In this document: piece by piece, positions 38,551-47,529 of the stretch
Position numbering within the stretch: the stretch's first letter is position 1
How the letters are laid out: each line of letters opens with the position of its first letter
Notes under the pieces: model-generated
Seen by the model: only the letters and a program-made list of their open reading frames with translations
Database searches by the model: none
Told to the model about the DNA's origin: nothing
Source of the DNA: Rhodospirillales bacterium CG15_BIG_FIL_POST_REV_8_21_14_020_66_15
Lineage (GTDB): Bacteria > Pseudomonadota > Alphaproteobacteria > Rhodospirillales > Casp-alpha2
Length of the DNA stretch: 64,000 bases
Assembly: GCA_002781745.1 (NCBI GenBank)
Contig: PFFW01000154.1
Location: 6,515-70,514, forward strand
Direction of reading: 5' to 3'
Position numbers and translations under genes: made by a program

Positions 38551-40212
38551 ATGGCTGATTTCAAGCGCCTGGGGGTGTTTTTGGTGTCGGTGTACGAAGA
38601 CATGGATGGCGCTCGATGGACCAAGATTTTTGCGGCTGCCCTAAGTTTGATTGCGTTCGCGCGGATCCTCCATGCTCATCTCTTGATGCCGTTGAGAAGA
38701 TGTGGGGACGAGTACGGTTATATCTTCTTCCGCTTTGACGATCTCGCGACCGGACTTTCGGGTATCCGCGCACCGGGTTTTCCTCTTGTCGTGAAATTTT
38801 ACGAACTTCTTTTCCCGCATTTCGGCTTTTGGCCGACGTTCCAGGTCGCCTTGTTCTCGGTTGCGGTCTTCTGGCTTTATTTCAATCTGATCAGCGGCAG
38901 GGTCCGGCCCGTCGGTGCCTTTGCGATATGCGCCCCGCTGTTTTTATCGGGTCCCGCAATTGCCGGCGCCCCCTTCATCTGTTCTGACGGTACGGCCGGG
39001 ATATTCACGGTGGCGGTCGCCGCAGCCCTGATAACCGCACGCCGGACCGGGGGGATGTTGCCGATGGCGGTCCTCGGGCTGCTGTCCACGATGACCGTTC
39101 TGGTCCGGCCTGCGTTCCTGCCGTTGCTTCCGCTTCTGTTCGTCGCGTGGATGTGCATGAGCCCGCCCGCCTCCCAAGTGCGGTCCCTGCGCGCGCGGCT
39201 ACGTGAGCTGGTCTTGCTTGGTCTTGTGCTGGTCGCTCCGTTAGGGCTGTTCGTCGGATACCGTTACGTGTTGACGGGGCACCTGGGCCTAACTGCGTTG
39301 GGGCAACTTCTGCTTGGCGGCCATGCGACCGCCTATCTCAAGGCAGAGCATGTGGCGAACCTCGATGGAGACGTCAAAGAAATTGCGGAAAGGATCCTGG
39401 ACAGACGTGCGCGCCTCGCCGCTCCCTGTGCCTTGGCGGCGGACGAAAACGTCGGAACCCGTTTCCCGGACGATTGGCTAGAAGGCACCCGGTTCGAGCA
39501 CCTGTGCTATGGCGCCTGGTACCATACGGCGATGTTGGCGGCATTCGAGTTTGGCACGGGGAAATTGCCTCTTGCCGACACCGGTGGCACCTATACACCT
39601 TGGCCGCCGAGCGGTCCGAGCACGCAGCATCCGCCGTCCGCCGCGCCCACTTTCGGGGATCCCGAACCTTGGTCCTGGGGCGGCGACCGCTGGCTCCATG
39701 AAGAAGTGCTCGCGGGCAAGAATGGGCGACCCGGGGTGTACTTCGATTCCTTGCTCGGTCGCTATAACAAGGTGATCTTAGCGAAAGAGCGCGAACTCTA
39801 CATCCGCTGGCTAGCTGGCGAGACGGTGATCGCCGGCGAGGAATTCGCCGCCTATCTTACCGATAGCCGCGCGGTTAGGTGGGGGGGAATGGTGTCCGTT
39901 CTGCTTGCGGCGGCCAGTATCGCGTTTCTCCTGCTTTGTCGGCGCCGGGCGCGCCTATACTTTCGCACACTCTTCGGTCCGTTGAACGTTGGGGAACGGG
40001 TGGTTCTCATGCTTGGCATCGGACTGCCGGTCCTGACGACCGGATTGACGATCTCCATTGTGTACGTTTATGCCCGCTACCTGGACGCGCCGGCCGTGTT
40101 CGTGCCGGCCATCGCGGGGTTGGTTTGTCTGCGCTTGATGGATGCGCTGTGCATGTCGTTGAACCCGAGGGCGAGTCCCGACAGGGGGACCGACCCCTCC
40201 GGCTCCGTTTGA
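38551..40212 (+). CDS. Multi-pass membrane protein, putative GT-C fold
   Basis: About 10 hydrophobic segments; GDEYGY after TM1, RAPGFP, LVRPA; large soluble loop. ATG 38551 with GGGAG RBS. Confidence 0.5.
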   Translation: MADFKRLGVFLVSVYEDMDGARWTKIFAAALSLIAFARILHAHLLMPLRRCGDEYGYIFFRFDDLATGLSGIRAPGFPLVVKFYELLFPHFGFWPTFQVALFSVAVFWLYFNLISGRVRPVGAFAICAPLFLSGPAIAGAPFICSDGTAGIFTVAVAAALITARRTGGMLPMAVLGLLSTMTVLVRPAFLPLLPLLFVAWMCMSPPASQVRSLRARLRELVLLGLVLVAPLGLFVGYRYVLTGHLGLTALGQLLLGGHATAYLKAEHVANLDGDVKEIAERILDRRARLAAPCALAADENVGTRFPDDWLEGTRFEHLCYGAWYHTAMLAAFEFGTGKLPLADTGGTYTPWPPSGPSTQHPPSAAPTFGDPEPWSWGGDRWLHEEVLAGKNGRPGVYFDSLLGRYNKVILAKERELYIRWLAGETVIAGEEFAAYLTDSRAVRWGGMVSVLLAAASIAFLLLCRRRARLYFRTLFGPLNVGERVVLMLGIGLPVLTTGLTISIVYVYARYLDAPAVFVPAIAGLVCLRLMDALCMSLNPRASPDRGTDPSGSV

Positions 40213-40391
40213 TTCTCCGGCCTAAGGTGACGGTGGCGGCAACGCCGGGCGAGGCTGCGCCCCTTTGAGTTGAGGCGCGTTATCCCTATTGTTTGTCCGA
40301 GAATTCCCTTGAATGGTCAAGGAGCACGCCGTATATGCCGCCTTAAGCATGGGGCGCCGTGGGCATAAGTCGCGCTTGGGAAGGTTAAGGG

Positions 40392-41408
40392 ATGTTGAAG
40401 CAAATTGCTCGAGAGGTACTCCCTTACAACGCCTATCTGGCGCTGTCCCGCGCCAAGAACTTCGTCGTTTCGCCGTTCGAGCACAAAAGCAAGATGGCCA
40501 AGCGCCGCAACGGCGAACGTTACCTCGCCGCGCGCGTCGATACGGTGACCGCCTGCAACCACCGCTGCCAATATTGCTATACGCTCGATCTGACTGGACA
40601 CCGCACCCAGCTCATGACGCTGGAGAATTTTGAAACAGTTGCCGAACGTCTGTTCCCCTACCTGTATTCCCTGGCCCTGTCGTGCGCCTGGGAACCAACC
40701 ATGAATAAGAAGCTGGCTGATTTCATCCGCGTTGCGGGGCGGTATCAGATTCCTCATTTGGAATTCGTCACGAATGCCTCTCATCTCACCGAGGAGATGA
40801 TGATCGCGGCCATCGAATCGGGCGTCAACCGGATCGCCGTGTCCATTGATGCCGCGCGCCCGGAAACCTATGAGCGCATCCGCGAGGTCGACGACCTGCC
40901 GCAGGTGCTGGAAAATTTGCGTGCGTTCAAACGGCTCAAGGACGAACGCAGCGTTGCGCATCCGATCATTAACATCAACTGGACGGCATTCGAGGAGAAC
41001 GCCGACGAGGCGGTGATTTTTGCGCGTGAGAACAACGATATTTTCGACACCTTCTGGTTCTGGCACCTGCTGCCCCGCATGCGCAACACGGTCAATCCGT
41101 TCCATCGCATGGAGAAGGACCGCTTTTTCGGCGTCGTCCAGGAACTGCGGAAGATTCTGGGCAATCGCTTGGTGTCAAACGAATACAACAATGATCGGTC
41201 GAACAAGCCGCTTGGAATCTGCAACCGGTCGCTGGACAATATCCGCGTCGAGCCGGACGGCACGGTCGAAGTTACGTGCTCGAAGCACCGCCTCGAGGGA
41301 AATCTCCTGACCGAGGATTTCTCGACCATCTACGCGCGCAACGAAGACCTGTTCGAAAAGTTGTACCGCAAGGAAACGGACTTCTGCCAGAACGACTGCG
41401 ACCGCTAG
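40392..41408 (+). CDS. Radical SAM protein
   Basis: TACNHRCQYC, WEPTM, FVTNA, SIDAARPETYERIR; C-terminal Cys-containing segment. Confidence 0.88.
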   Translation: MLKQIAREVLPYNAYLALSRAKNFVVSPFEHKSKMAKRRNGERYLAARVDTVTACNHRCQYCYTLDLTGHRTQLMTLENFETVAERLFPYLYSLALSCAWEPTMNKKLADFIRVAGRYQIPHLEFVTNASHLTEEMMIAAIESGVNRIAVSIDAARPETYERIREVDDLPQVLENLRAFKRLKDERSVAHPIININWTAFEENADEAVIFARENNDIFDTFWFWHLLPRMRNTVNPFHRMEKDRFFGVVQELRKILGNRLVSNEYNNDRSNKPLGICNRSLDNIRVEPDGTVEVTCSKHRLEGNLLTEDFSTIYARNEDLFEKLYRKETDFCQNDCDR

Positions 41409-42856
41409 TCGCGGCCCGGATTGGTTCCCGCTTCCCTGGCGCAGGCCCTCGTTGGCCGCTCGTAGACCGCCAGGTAGGAGTCCTGGTAACGCAACATCAG
41501 TTCGCTTGAGGCCGACTCCACGAATTCCCGTTGAAGCCGATTGTGCTCCAGGTTGAGGTCCGCGCGCCTGCTGGCGACAATGAAACGCGAGATCTCGGCC
41601 TGGGTCGGATGCGGAAACTGCAGATAGGGCAGATCGCCGAATCCCTTCATCGCCTGGAAGAACACGGAGGTCCGGCATCGTGTGTCGATGTTGGTACGCG
41701 CCGCGGCCAGCGATTGCTTGGGAACGTGGAATCCGTAGCGCTCGATAAGCACCTCCGATTTCCCCCACACGTTCAGCGGGCTGGTCGCGACGAGCCCGAG
41801 CATGTGCAGGCCGAAGACGGCTGTAAGCGCGTGGCCCAGGCTCGCCGACGGCATGCGGCGACGGATCCAGGCGACACCGAACACGGCGGCCAACGACCCC
41901 GCGAACACAAGCGACATTCCGTACCAGTTGACGATCCTCTTGTCGGCGATCAGCAGGACGACAGATTCGGGGATGACCGCGGCCAGTGCGCCGGGTGCGG
42001 CGAGGGCCGGCCACAACCAAAGACCGAAGGCGGCCCAATCCTTGTCGACGGCGGAAAGGTTGAACTTCAGAACCTCCGACGTTCCCAGCGCGTTCCCGAC
42101 CTTGCTGAAATGGAAGTTGGTGACGCCGGCCAGCATGGGTGCACCCTTGATGCCGATCCAGAAGATCAGACCGGCAATTGCCAGGGCCGCCAATGCACGC
42201 CGGCCGCCGTCGAAGTACGGACTGCGGACCGCCCAATACCCCACGGCGGCCCCCAAAACGTAGAGCGCCGCATTCTCGCGCACGTTCAGGAAGAACAGCA
42301 ACAACACCAACGCCAGTTTCCAGCGCCCGGTAACGGCCGCCCAGGCCAGCGGCGCGCCGAACACGAGTAGCAGCGACGTGGCATGAAAGCCCTCGATCGA
42401 ATCCATGACCGCCAGCATCATGTAGGGGCTGAACAGGCAGATGGTCACGGTGAACAGACGGTCGAAGGCGCCCAGTCCGAAATGGCGGCCGATCGTCAGC
42501 AGGAACAGACAGGCCCAGGCGGGGGCTAGGGCCTGAACCACGAGCAGGGAATGGGCGCCGAACACGCGGACCAAGGGCCACAGGACCAGCGTCGTCGGCT
42601 GCCAGTGGTCGAACACCAGCGACGGCAGGTCGCGACCGATCTCGTAACGCGCCACGAACAGCCATTTGTCCCAGAAATTGGTGTTATAGAGACCGTTGCC
42701 ATAATTATAGAGATCGTCCGTCGCAAGCCCGTAATGGGCCAGGCGGAACTTCACGACCAGCATGAACCCGGCCCAGGCGACGATGACCGGCCAAGTGACG
42801 GCGGCGGCCGCTCGGTCCAACAGCGAAGGCGGGTCGATTGCCGGTGGATTCAACAC
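41405..42856 (-). CDS. DUF2079-like membrane protein (putative GT-C), paralog B
   Basis: ATDDLYNY...DHWQPT, FHATS, NVRENAAL; many TM helices. Confidence 0.6.
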   Translation of the reverse strand: MLNPPAIDPPSLLDRAAAAVTWPVIVAWAGFMLVVKFRLAHYGLATDDLYNYGNGLYNTNFWDKWLFVARYEIGRDLPSLVFDHWQPTTLVLWPLVRVFGAHSLLVVQALAPAWACLFLLTIGRHFGLGAFDRLFTVTICLFSPYMMLAVMDSIEGFHATSLLLVFGAPLAWAAVTGRWKLALVLLLFFLNVRENAALYVLGAAVGYWAVRSPYFDGGRRALAALAIAGLIFWIGIKGAPMLAGVTNFHFSKVGNALGTSEVLKFNLSAVDKDWAAFGLWLWPALAAPGALAAVIPESVVLLIADKRIVNWYGMSLVFAGSLAAVFGVAWIRRRMPSASLGHALTAVFGLHMLGLVATSPLNVWGKSEVLIERYGFHVPKQSLAAARTNIDTRCRTSVFFQAMKGFGDLPYLQFPHPTQAEISRFIVASRRADLNLEHNRLQREFVESASSELMLRYQDSYLAVYERPTRACAREAGTNPGRD

Positions 42857-42895
42857 CGTGACGCTCCCGTTGCCGTCGGCCGCGGCGTATGTCGC

Positions 42896-44302
42896 CTATC
42901 CCTTGGCATATTCGGCAAAGGACAGGACGCAAGGGACGCGGGGATTTTCGAATGCCGTCAGGTGGGAATCACGGTAGACGACCTTAAGCTCGTCCCCCAT
43001 GTCGGTCACCATCTTGGTCAGGCCGGACGGCATGGTGGGAATGGCGATGATGTATTTGGACTGCTTCGCCTGCCGGGGGTACTGAAGGTAGGGTAGGTCG
43101 CCGAACCCGTACATGGCCTGCAACTCGATCGCGACCCTGCAGCGCGTATCGATCGCGGCCCGGGCATTGGCGGTCGATTCCGGCGGCACATGGTATCCGA
43201 TGCGGGTGATCAGCTTGCGCGATTGGCCCCAGACCTCCTTCGGCCCGGCGACGGCGATGGCGACCATGTGCAGGACCAGAATGCCGGTCAGAACGCGGCC
43301 CTTGCCCCTCGCCTCGGCAAAATTACGAACCCGCAACATTCCGTGGGCGACGGCGATCGATCCGGCGAACGCCAGGGTCATGCCGTACCAGTGGGATGCC
43401 TTCTTCTCGGCCAGGATCAGGATCGCCGATTCCGGAATGATGGCGAGAAGCGTTCCCGGCGCCGCCAGCCCGGGCCACAGCCAGAGAAACAGGTTGTGCC
43501 AGTCGGAGTCCATGTTGGTCAGGGCTTTTGCGATGCGGCTGGGCGTCGTCAGGACTTCGCGGGCGTGATTGGCGTGTTCGTGGACGACGCCGGCCAGCCA
43601 CGGCGCGACGATCAGGCCGCCGACGAAGGTGACGGCCGCGATCCCGACCGCCGCCGCCAGGCCCCGGCGGCCGGCGAAGAAGGGATTGGTGAAGAGCAGC
43701 CAGCCGACGGCCGCGCCGGCCACGTACAGTGCCGCGTTCTCGCGGATGTTCAGGAAGAACAGCAGCAGTACGAAGGCGAGACGCCAGCGCCCCGCGACCG
43801 CGGCCCAGGCCAGGGGTGCTCCGAAATACAGCAGCAGGCTGGTGCCGTGGAAGCCGTACATGCTGTCCATGATCGCGGCCGTCAGATTGGGGTGGAACAG
43901 GCAGACGACGATCACGAACAGACGGTCGAAGGGGCCCAGGCCCAGGCGCTCCGCGATCTTCAAAAGGAACATCGCGGCCCACAGCGGGGCCAGCGCCTGG
44001 ACGATCAACAGGCCCTCGGCGCCGGCCAGCTTGGCAATGGGCCACAGGATCAGCAGGGTGGGCTGCCAATGGTTGAACAGCAGTGACGACAGGCCGCGCA
44101 GCAGTTCGTAGCGCGCGGAGAACAGCCATTTGTCCTGGAAATTGGTGTTGTGCAGGGCGTTGAGATAGTTGAACAGATCATCCGTTGCTAAACCGTAATG
44201 AAGAAGCCGGAGCTTCATGAACACCATGTAGGCGCCCCAAGCGGTAAACATGACGGCAAGGATGAGGGGCAGGCGACGTTCCAGCGTGTTCTCGAAGGTC
44301 AC
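42896..44302 (-). CDS. DUF2079-like membrane protein (putative GT-C), paralog A
   Basis: ATDDLFNY...NHWQPT, FHGTS, NIRENAAL. GTG 44302 with GGGGAG RBS. Confidence 0.6.
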   Translation of the reverse strand: MTFENTLERRLPLILAVMFTAWGAYMVFMKLRLLHYGLATDDLFNYLNALHNTNFQDKWLFSARYELLRGLSSLLFNHWQPTLLILWPIAKLAGAEGLLIVQALAPLWAAMFLLKIAERLGLGPFDRLFVIVVCLFHPNLTAAIMDSMYGFHGTSLLLYFGAPLAWAAVAGRWRLAFVLLLFFLNIRENAALYVAGAAVGWLLFTNPFFAGRRGLAAAVGIAAVTFVGGLIVAPWLAGVVHEHANHAREVLTTPSRIAKALTNMDSDWHNLFLWLWPGLAAPGTLLAIIPESAILILAEKKASHWYGMTLAFAGSIAVAHGMLRVRNFAEARGKGRVLTGILVLHMVAIAVAGPKEVWGQSRKLITRIGYHVPPESTANARAAIDTRCRVAIELQAMYGFGDLPYLQYPRQAKQSKYIIAIPTMPSGLTKMVTDMGDELKVVYRDSHLTAFENPRVPCVLSFAEYAKG

Positions 44303-44474
44303 TTTGATCTCCCCGCAATGGCGCGACGGCGCAGCCGACGCCCGTGGGACGGCCGGCGAAAGCGGAATAGTCGCCGCCGCGGGCGGAGTCAAGGGACTGC
44401 GCTGGCCCGCCGGACCCGACGAACCGGCGTAATTTGCCGTTGGTTTGCCGTGCCCGATCGGCTAACAGGAGCCC

Positions 44475-46109
44475 ATGACCGCGCGAGGGCTCCCCGTCGT
44501 TGTGATTGTGACCGTCCTTTGGGCTGCGGCGGTGGTCGCAGCGGTGCTTGTGCGTCCGCTGCTGCCGGTGGACGAAACCCGCTATCTCGCCGTCGCCTGG
44601 GAGATGTGGCAGCGCGGCGATTTCATTGTTCCCTACCTGAACGGCGAACCCTACAGCCACAAGCCGCCCTTGCTGTTCTGGGCCATGCAGGCGGGCTGGG
44701 CGCTGTTCGGCGTCAACGACTGGTGGCCGCGTCTGGTCGCCCCTCTGTTCGGATTGGCGGCCCTCCTCGGAACCCGGCACCTCGGAACCCAGTTGTGGCC
44801 GGACCGTCCCGGCTTGGGGTCCACGGCGGCGGCGCTGACCCTGGGCGCCCTGTTCTGGGCCCTGTTCACCACCATGACCATGTTCGACATGCTGCACGCG
44901 GCCTTCGCCGTGAGCGGCGTGACCGGCCTCGTCCTGGCCGCGCGCGGCCGCGCGGTCCCGGGCTTCCTGGTCCTCGGGCTGTCCATCGGCCTGGGCGTCC
45001 TCGGCAAGGGCCCGGCGATCCTGGTCCACCTGCTGCCGGCCGCCCTGGCGGCGCCCCTGTGGGCGCCGCGGCTCGGCTGGTCGGGCGGCTGGGGCCGCTG
45101 GTACGCCGGGGTCGCGGCGGGCGTGGCGCTCGGTGCCGCGATCGGCCTCGCGTGGGCGCTGCCGGCGGCGGCGGCGGGGGGCGAGGCCTACCGCGACGCC
45201 ATCCTGTGGGGCCAGTCGGCGGGACGCATGGTCGACAGCTTCGCCCACGGGCGGCCGTTCTGGTGGTTCGCGGCGATCCTTCCCGTCATGGTCCTGCCGT
45301 GGACCGTCTGGCCGGCCGCCTGGCGGGCGGTGCGCGCCGAGGGGCGCGGCATGCGGGCCGACGGCGGCGTGCGGCTCTGCCTCGTCTGGTTCGCCGCCGC
45401 GTTCCTGGCCTTCTCGGCGATCAGCGGCAAGCAACCCCATTACCTGCTCCCCGAATTCCCGGCCCTGGCGCTGGTCGTCGCCCGCGCCCTGACGGCGGCG
45501 TCGGCGCGGGACGGCGGATTCTGGCGCGCGGCCGACCATCTGGTGCCGGCGGTCTTTTTCGTCACGGTGGCGGCGGTCATCGCCGGGGCCTTCCATTTCG
45601 ATCTCAAGCCATCCTGGGCGACCTCCGTCGGCGACGCCCGGTTGTGGCCGCTGGCGGCAGTGGCGGCGGCGGTGCTCGTCTTCCTCCGGCTGTTCGCAGG
45701 AACCGCGGCAAGCCGCACGGCGGCTGTCTGCGGCCTGTCCGTCGTCCTGGTCGTCGCGGTCCACCTGACCCTGCGTCCGCTGATGGCCGAATCCCACGAT
45801 TTCCGACCGTTCTCCCAGACCCTCAAGCGGTTCGAGGATCAGGGTTTCGACTTCGTCACCTTCGGGAAATACCATGGGCAGTTCCAATTTCTCGGCCGCC
45901 TGACGCGCCCCTTCGGCGTCGTCGACGGCCCGGCCGAACTGGACCGGTGGCTCAAGGACCATCCCAAGGCGATGATCGTCGCCCTGCACGAAACCCTGCC
46001 CGCCGGCCCGGAACCCGAGGCGGTCACGCGGTTCCGCTCACGCGTGATCGGCGTGTGGCGGGCGGACCGCTACCCGGCCCGCGCCGACCGCTTGAAAAAG
46101 CAGGATTGA
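44475..46109 (+). CDS. ArnT/PMT-family (GT83-like) glycosyltransferase
   Basis: PVDETRYLAVAWEM, YSHKPPLLFW, MFD, LGKGP, KQPHYLLP. Confidence 0.9.
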   Translation: MTARGLPVVVIVTVLWAAAVVAAVLVRPLLPVDETRYLAVAWEMWQRGDFIVPYLNGEPYSHKPPLLFWAMQAGWALFGVNDWWPRLVAPLFGLAALLGTRHLGTQLWPDRPGLGSTAAALTLGALFWALFTTMTMFDMLHAAFAVSGVTGLVLAARGRAVPGFLVLGLSIGLGVLGKGPAILVHLLPAALAAPLWAPRLGWSGGWGRWYAGVAAGVALGAAIGLAWALPAAAAGGEAYRDAILWGQSAGRMVDSFAHGRPFWWFAAILPVMVLPWTVWPAAWRAVRAEGRGMRADGGVRLCLVWFAAAFLAFSAISGKQPHYLLPEFPALALVVARALTAASARDGGFWRAADHLVPAVFFVTVAAVIAGAFHFDLKPSWATSVGDARLWPLAAVAAAVLVFLRLFAGTAASRTAAVCGLSVVLVVAVHLTLRPLMAESHDFRPFSQTLKRFEDQGFDFVTFGKYHGQFQFLGRLTRPFGVVDGPAELDRWLKDHPKAMIVALHETLPAGPEPEAVTRFRSRVIGVWRADRYPARADRLKKQD

Positions 46110-46117
46110 TCCGTGCG

Positions 46118-47428
46118 TCAAGCGGCGGCCCCGCCGGCCGGGCCGCCGCCGCTTCCCCCGTCTTTGACGGCGGCCTCTCCCGCGTCCGCGCCGCCGGGCG
46201 GTCCCGCGGCGATCATCGCCGACATCAGGAAGTACCCGATCAGCCACCACGACGACCAGATGGAGAAATTGAACAAGGACGATCCCCAGAACACGGCATT
46301 CAGGCCCAACGTGGCCAAGGAGCCGCCGCCCCCGGACCGCACGTAGCCCACCATGCAACGGCCGACCGCCCAGGCGATTGCGATCAGGACGGGAACGAAC
46401 CCGATGATCCCGGTTTCGCCGAGAACTTCCAATGCCCAGTTGTGCGGGTGCGACGGCAACGCCTCCACCCTATAGCCTGGAAGGATCCGGTGCGCATCCG
46501 GCAGCCGGTCGATGACATTGATGCCGTAACCGGTCCAGGGCTTTTCGGTGATCTTCTCCGCGGTGAATCGCCAAATCTGCTGGCGGTGGGTGTCGACGAT
46601 CTGGGGCGGAATCCAATCCCACACAGCTTGCGATGCCGGTTCGTCGGGGAGTTCGTAGACCAGGAACAGGATCGCCGCCGTCGCAGCCACCGCCCACAAT
46701 GCCCATCCCGCAAGCCACTTGACGCCGCTCCGCAACGCCACGGCGAGGCTGACGACCAGAACCGTGGCCAGGAGTCCCGCCACGGCCGACTTGTTGACCG
46801 TCGACATGACGATTGCCACCTGCCCCAGGGCGACGACCAGGCCGGCAAGCCGCCAAGCGGGCGTCTCGCGTATGGCCGCCCACAACATTACCGGCAGGGA
46901 ACAGGCAGCGAGCGCGGCATAGGCTTTTGCGGTATGGAAGGGCCAGTGCGCATTCCATGGCACGAAGTCGTTGCGAAGGACGCGGTAGGGCAGTTCCCAT
47001 CCCGTGGCTTGCGCGATAATGACCGCCGCCAAGCCGCCTAGCCAGGCGACGGTGAAGATCCGCAGGCATAGCCGCCGCGCCCGCGCGTCTCCGGCGAGGA
47101 ACGCCCAGAACAGCACGCATCCGCCGATATAGGCCAGCGTCCGCGCCCAGGCCTCCAACGAGCGCAAGGGGTCGAGGGACCCCGGAATGTTGACCGCCAT
47201 GCCGGCGAAGGCGGCCAGCACGACGAGCCCTAGACGCGAGCGCACTGCGTCGGCCGCGCGGGCGAAGATCCGGCGGTCGCGCCAGGCGATGACCAGGACC
47301 GCGACCAGCGCCGCCGCCGCCAGGCCCTGCAGCACCGCGCGGCCCGACACCATGGCCGGCACGACCAGGCCCAGGGCGACGGCGGTGGCGTCGCGCAGGA
47401 CGGCGGACGGACGGTCGCGGTGCTCCAT
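46118..47428 (-). CDS. O-antigen ligase (Wzy_C) family membrane protein
   Basis: Multi-TM; RQQIW...KPWTGYG...HPHNWALEVLGETGIIG. Confidence 0.85.
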   Translation of the reverse strand: MEHRDRPSAVLRDATAVALGLVVPAMVSGRAVLQGLAAAALVAVLVIAWRDRRIFARAADAVRSRLGLVVLAAFAGMAVNIPGSLDPLRSLEAWARTLAYIGGCVLFWAFLAGDARARRLCLRIFTVAWLGGLAAVIIAQATGWELPYRVLRNDFVPWNAHWPFHTAKAYAALAACSLPVMLWAAIRETPAWRLAGLVVALGQVAIVMSTVNKSAVAGLLATVLVVSLAVALRSGVKWLAGWALWAVAATAAILFLVYELPDEPASQAVWDWIPPQIVDTHRQQIWRFTAEKITEKPWTGYGINVIDRLPDAHRILPGYRVEALPSHPHNWALEVLGETGIIGFVPVLIAIAWAVGRCMVGYVRSGGGGSLATLGLNAVFWGSSLFNFSIWSSWWLIGYFLMSAMIAAGPPGGADAGEAAVKDGGSGGGPAGGAAA

Positions 47429-47529
47429 GGTTTCAGGCGGTCCCGGCGGTTGCGGCATGGCCCCGGTGTCGGGGGGCTGACCGCTGATAGCAGAAGCGGG
47501 GTCGCCGGTCCACTTCGGGGCGGCGGCGT

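Noticed and set aside
44198-47041. 947-aa plus-strand ORF and the overlapping 603-aa minus-strand ORF
   Set aside because: Out-of-frame or antisense to the well-supported ArnT-like and ligase genes; low-complexity Arg/Pro/Gly content.
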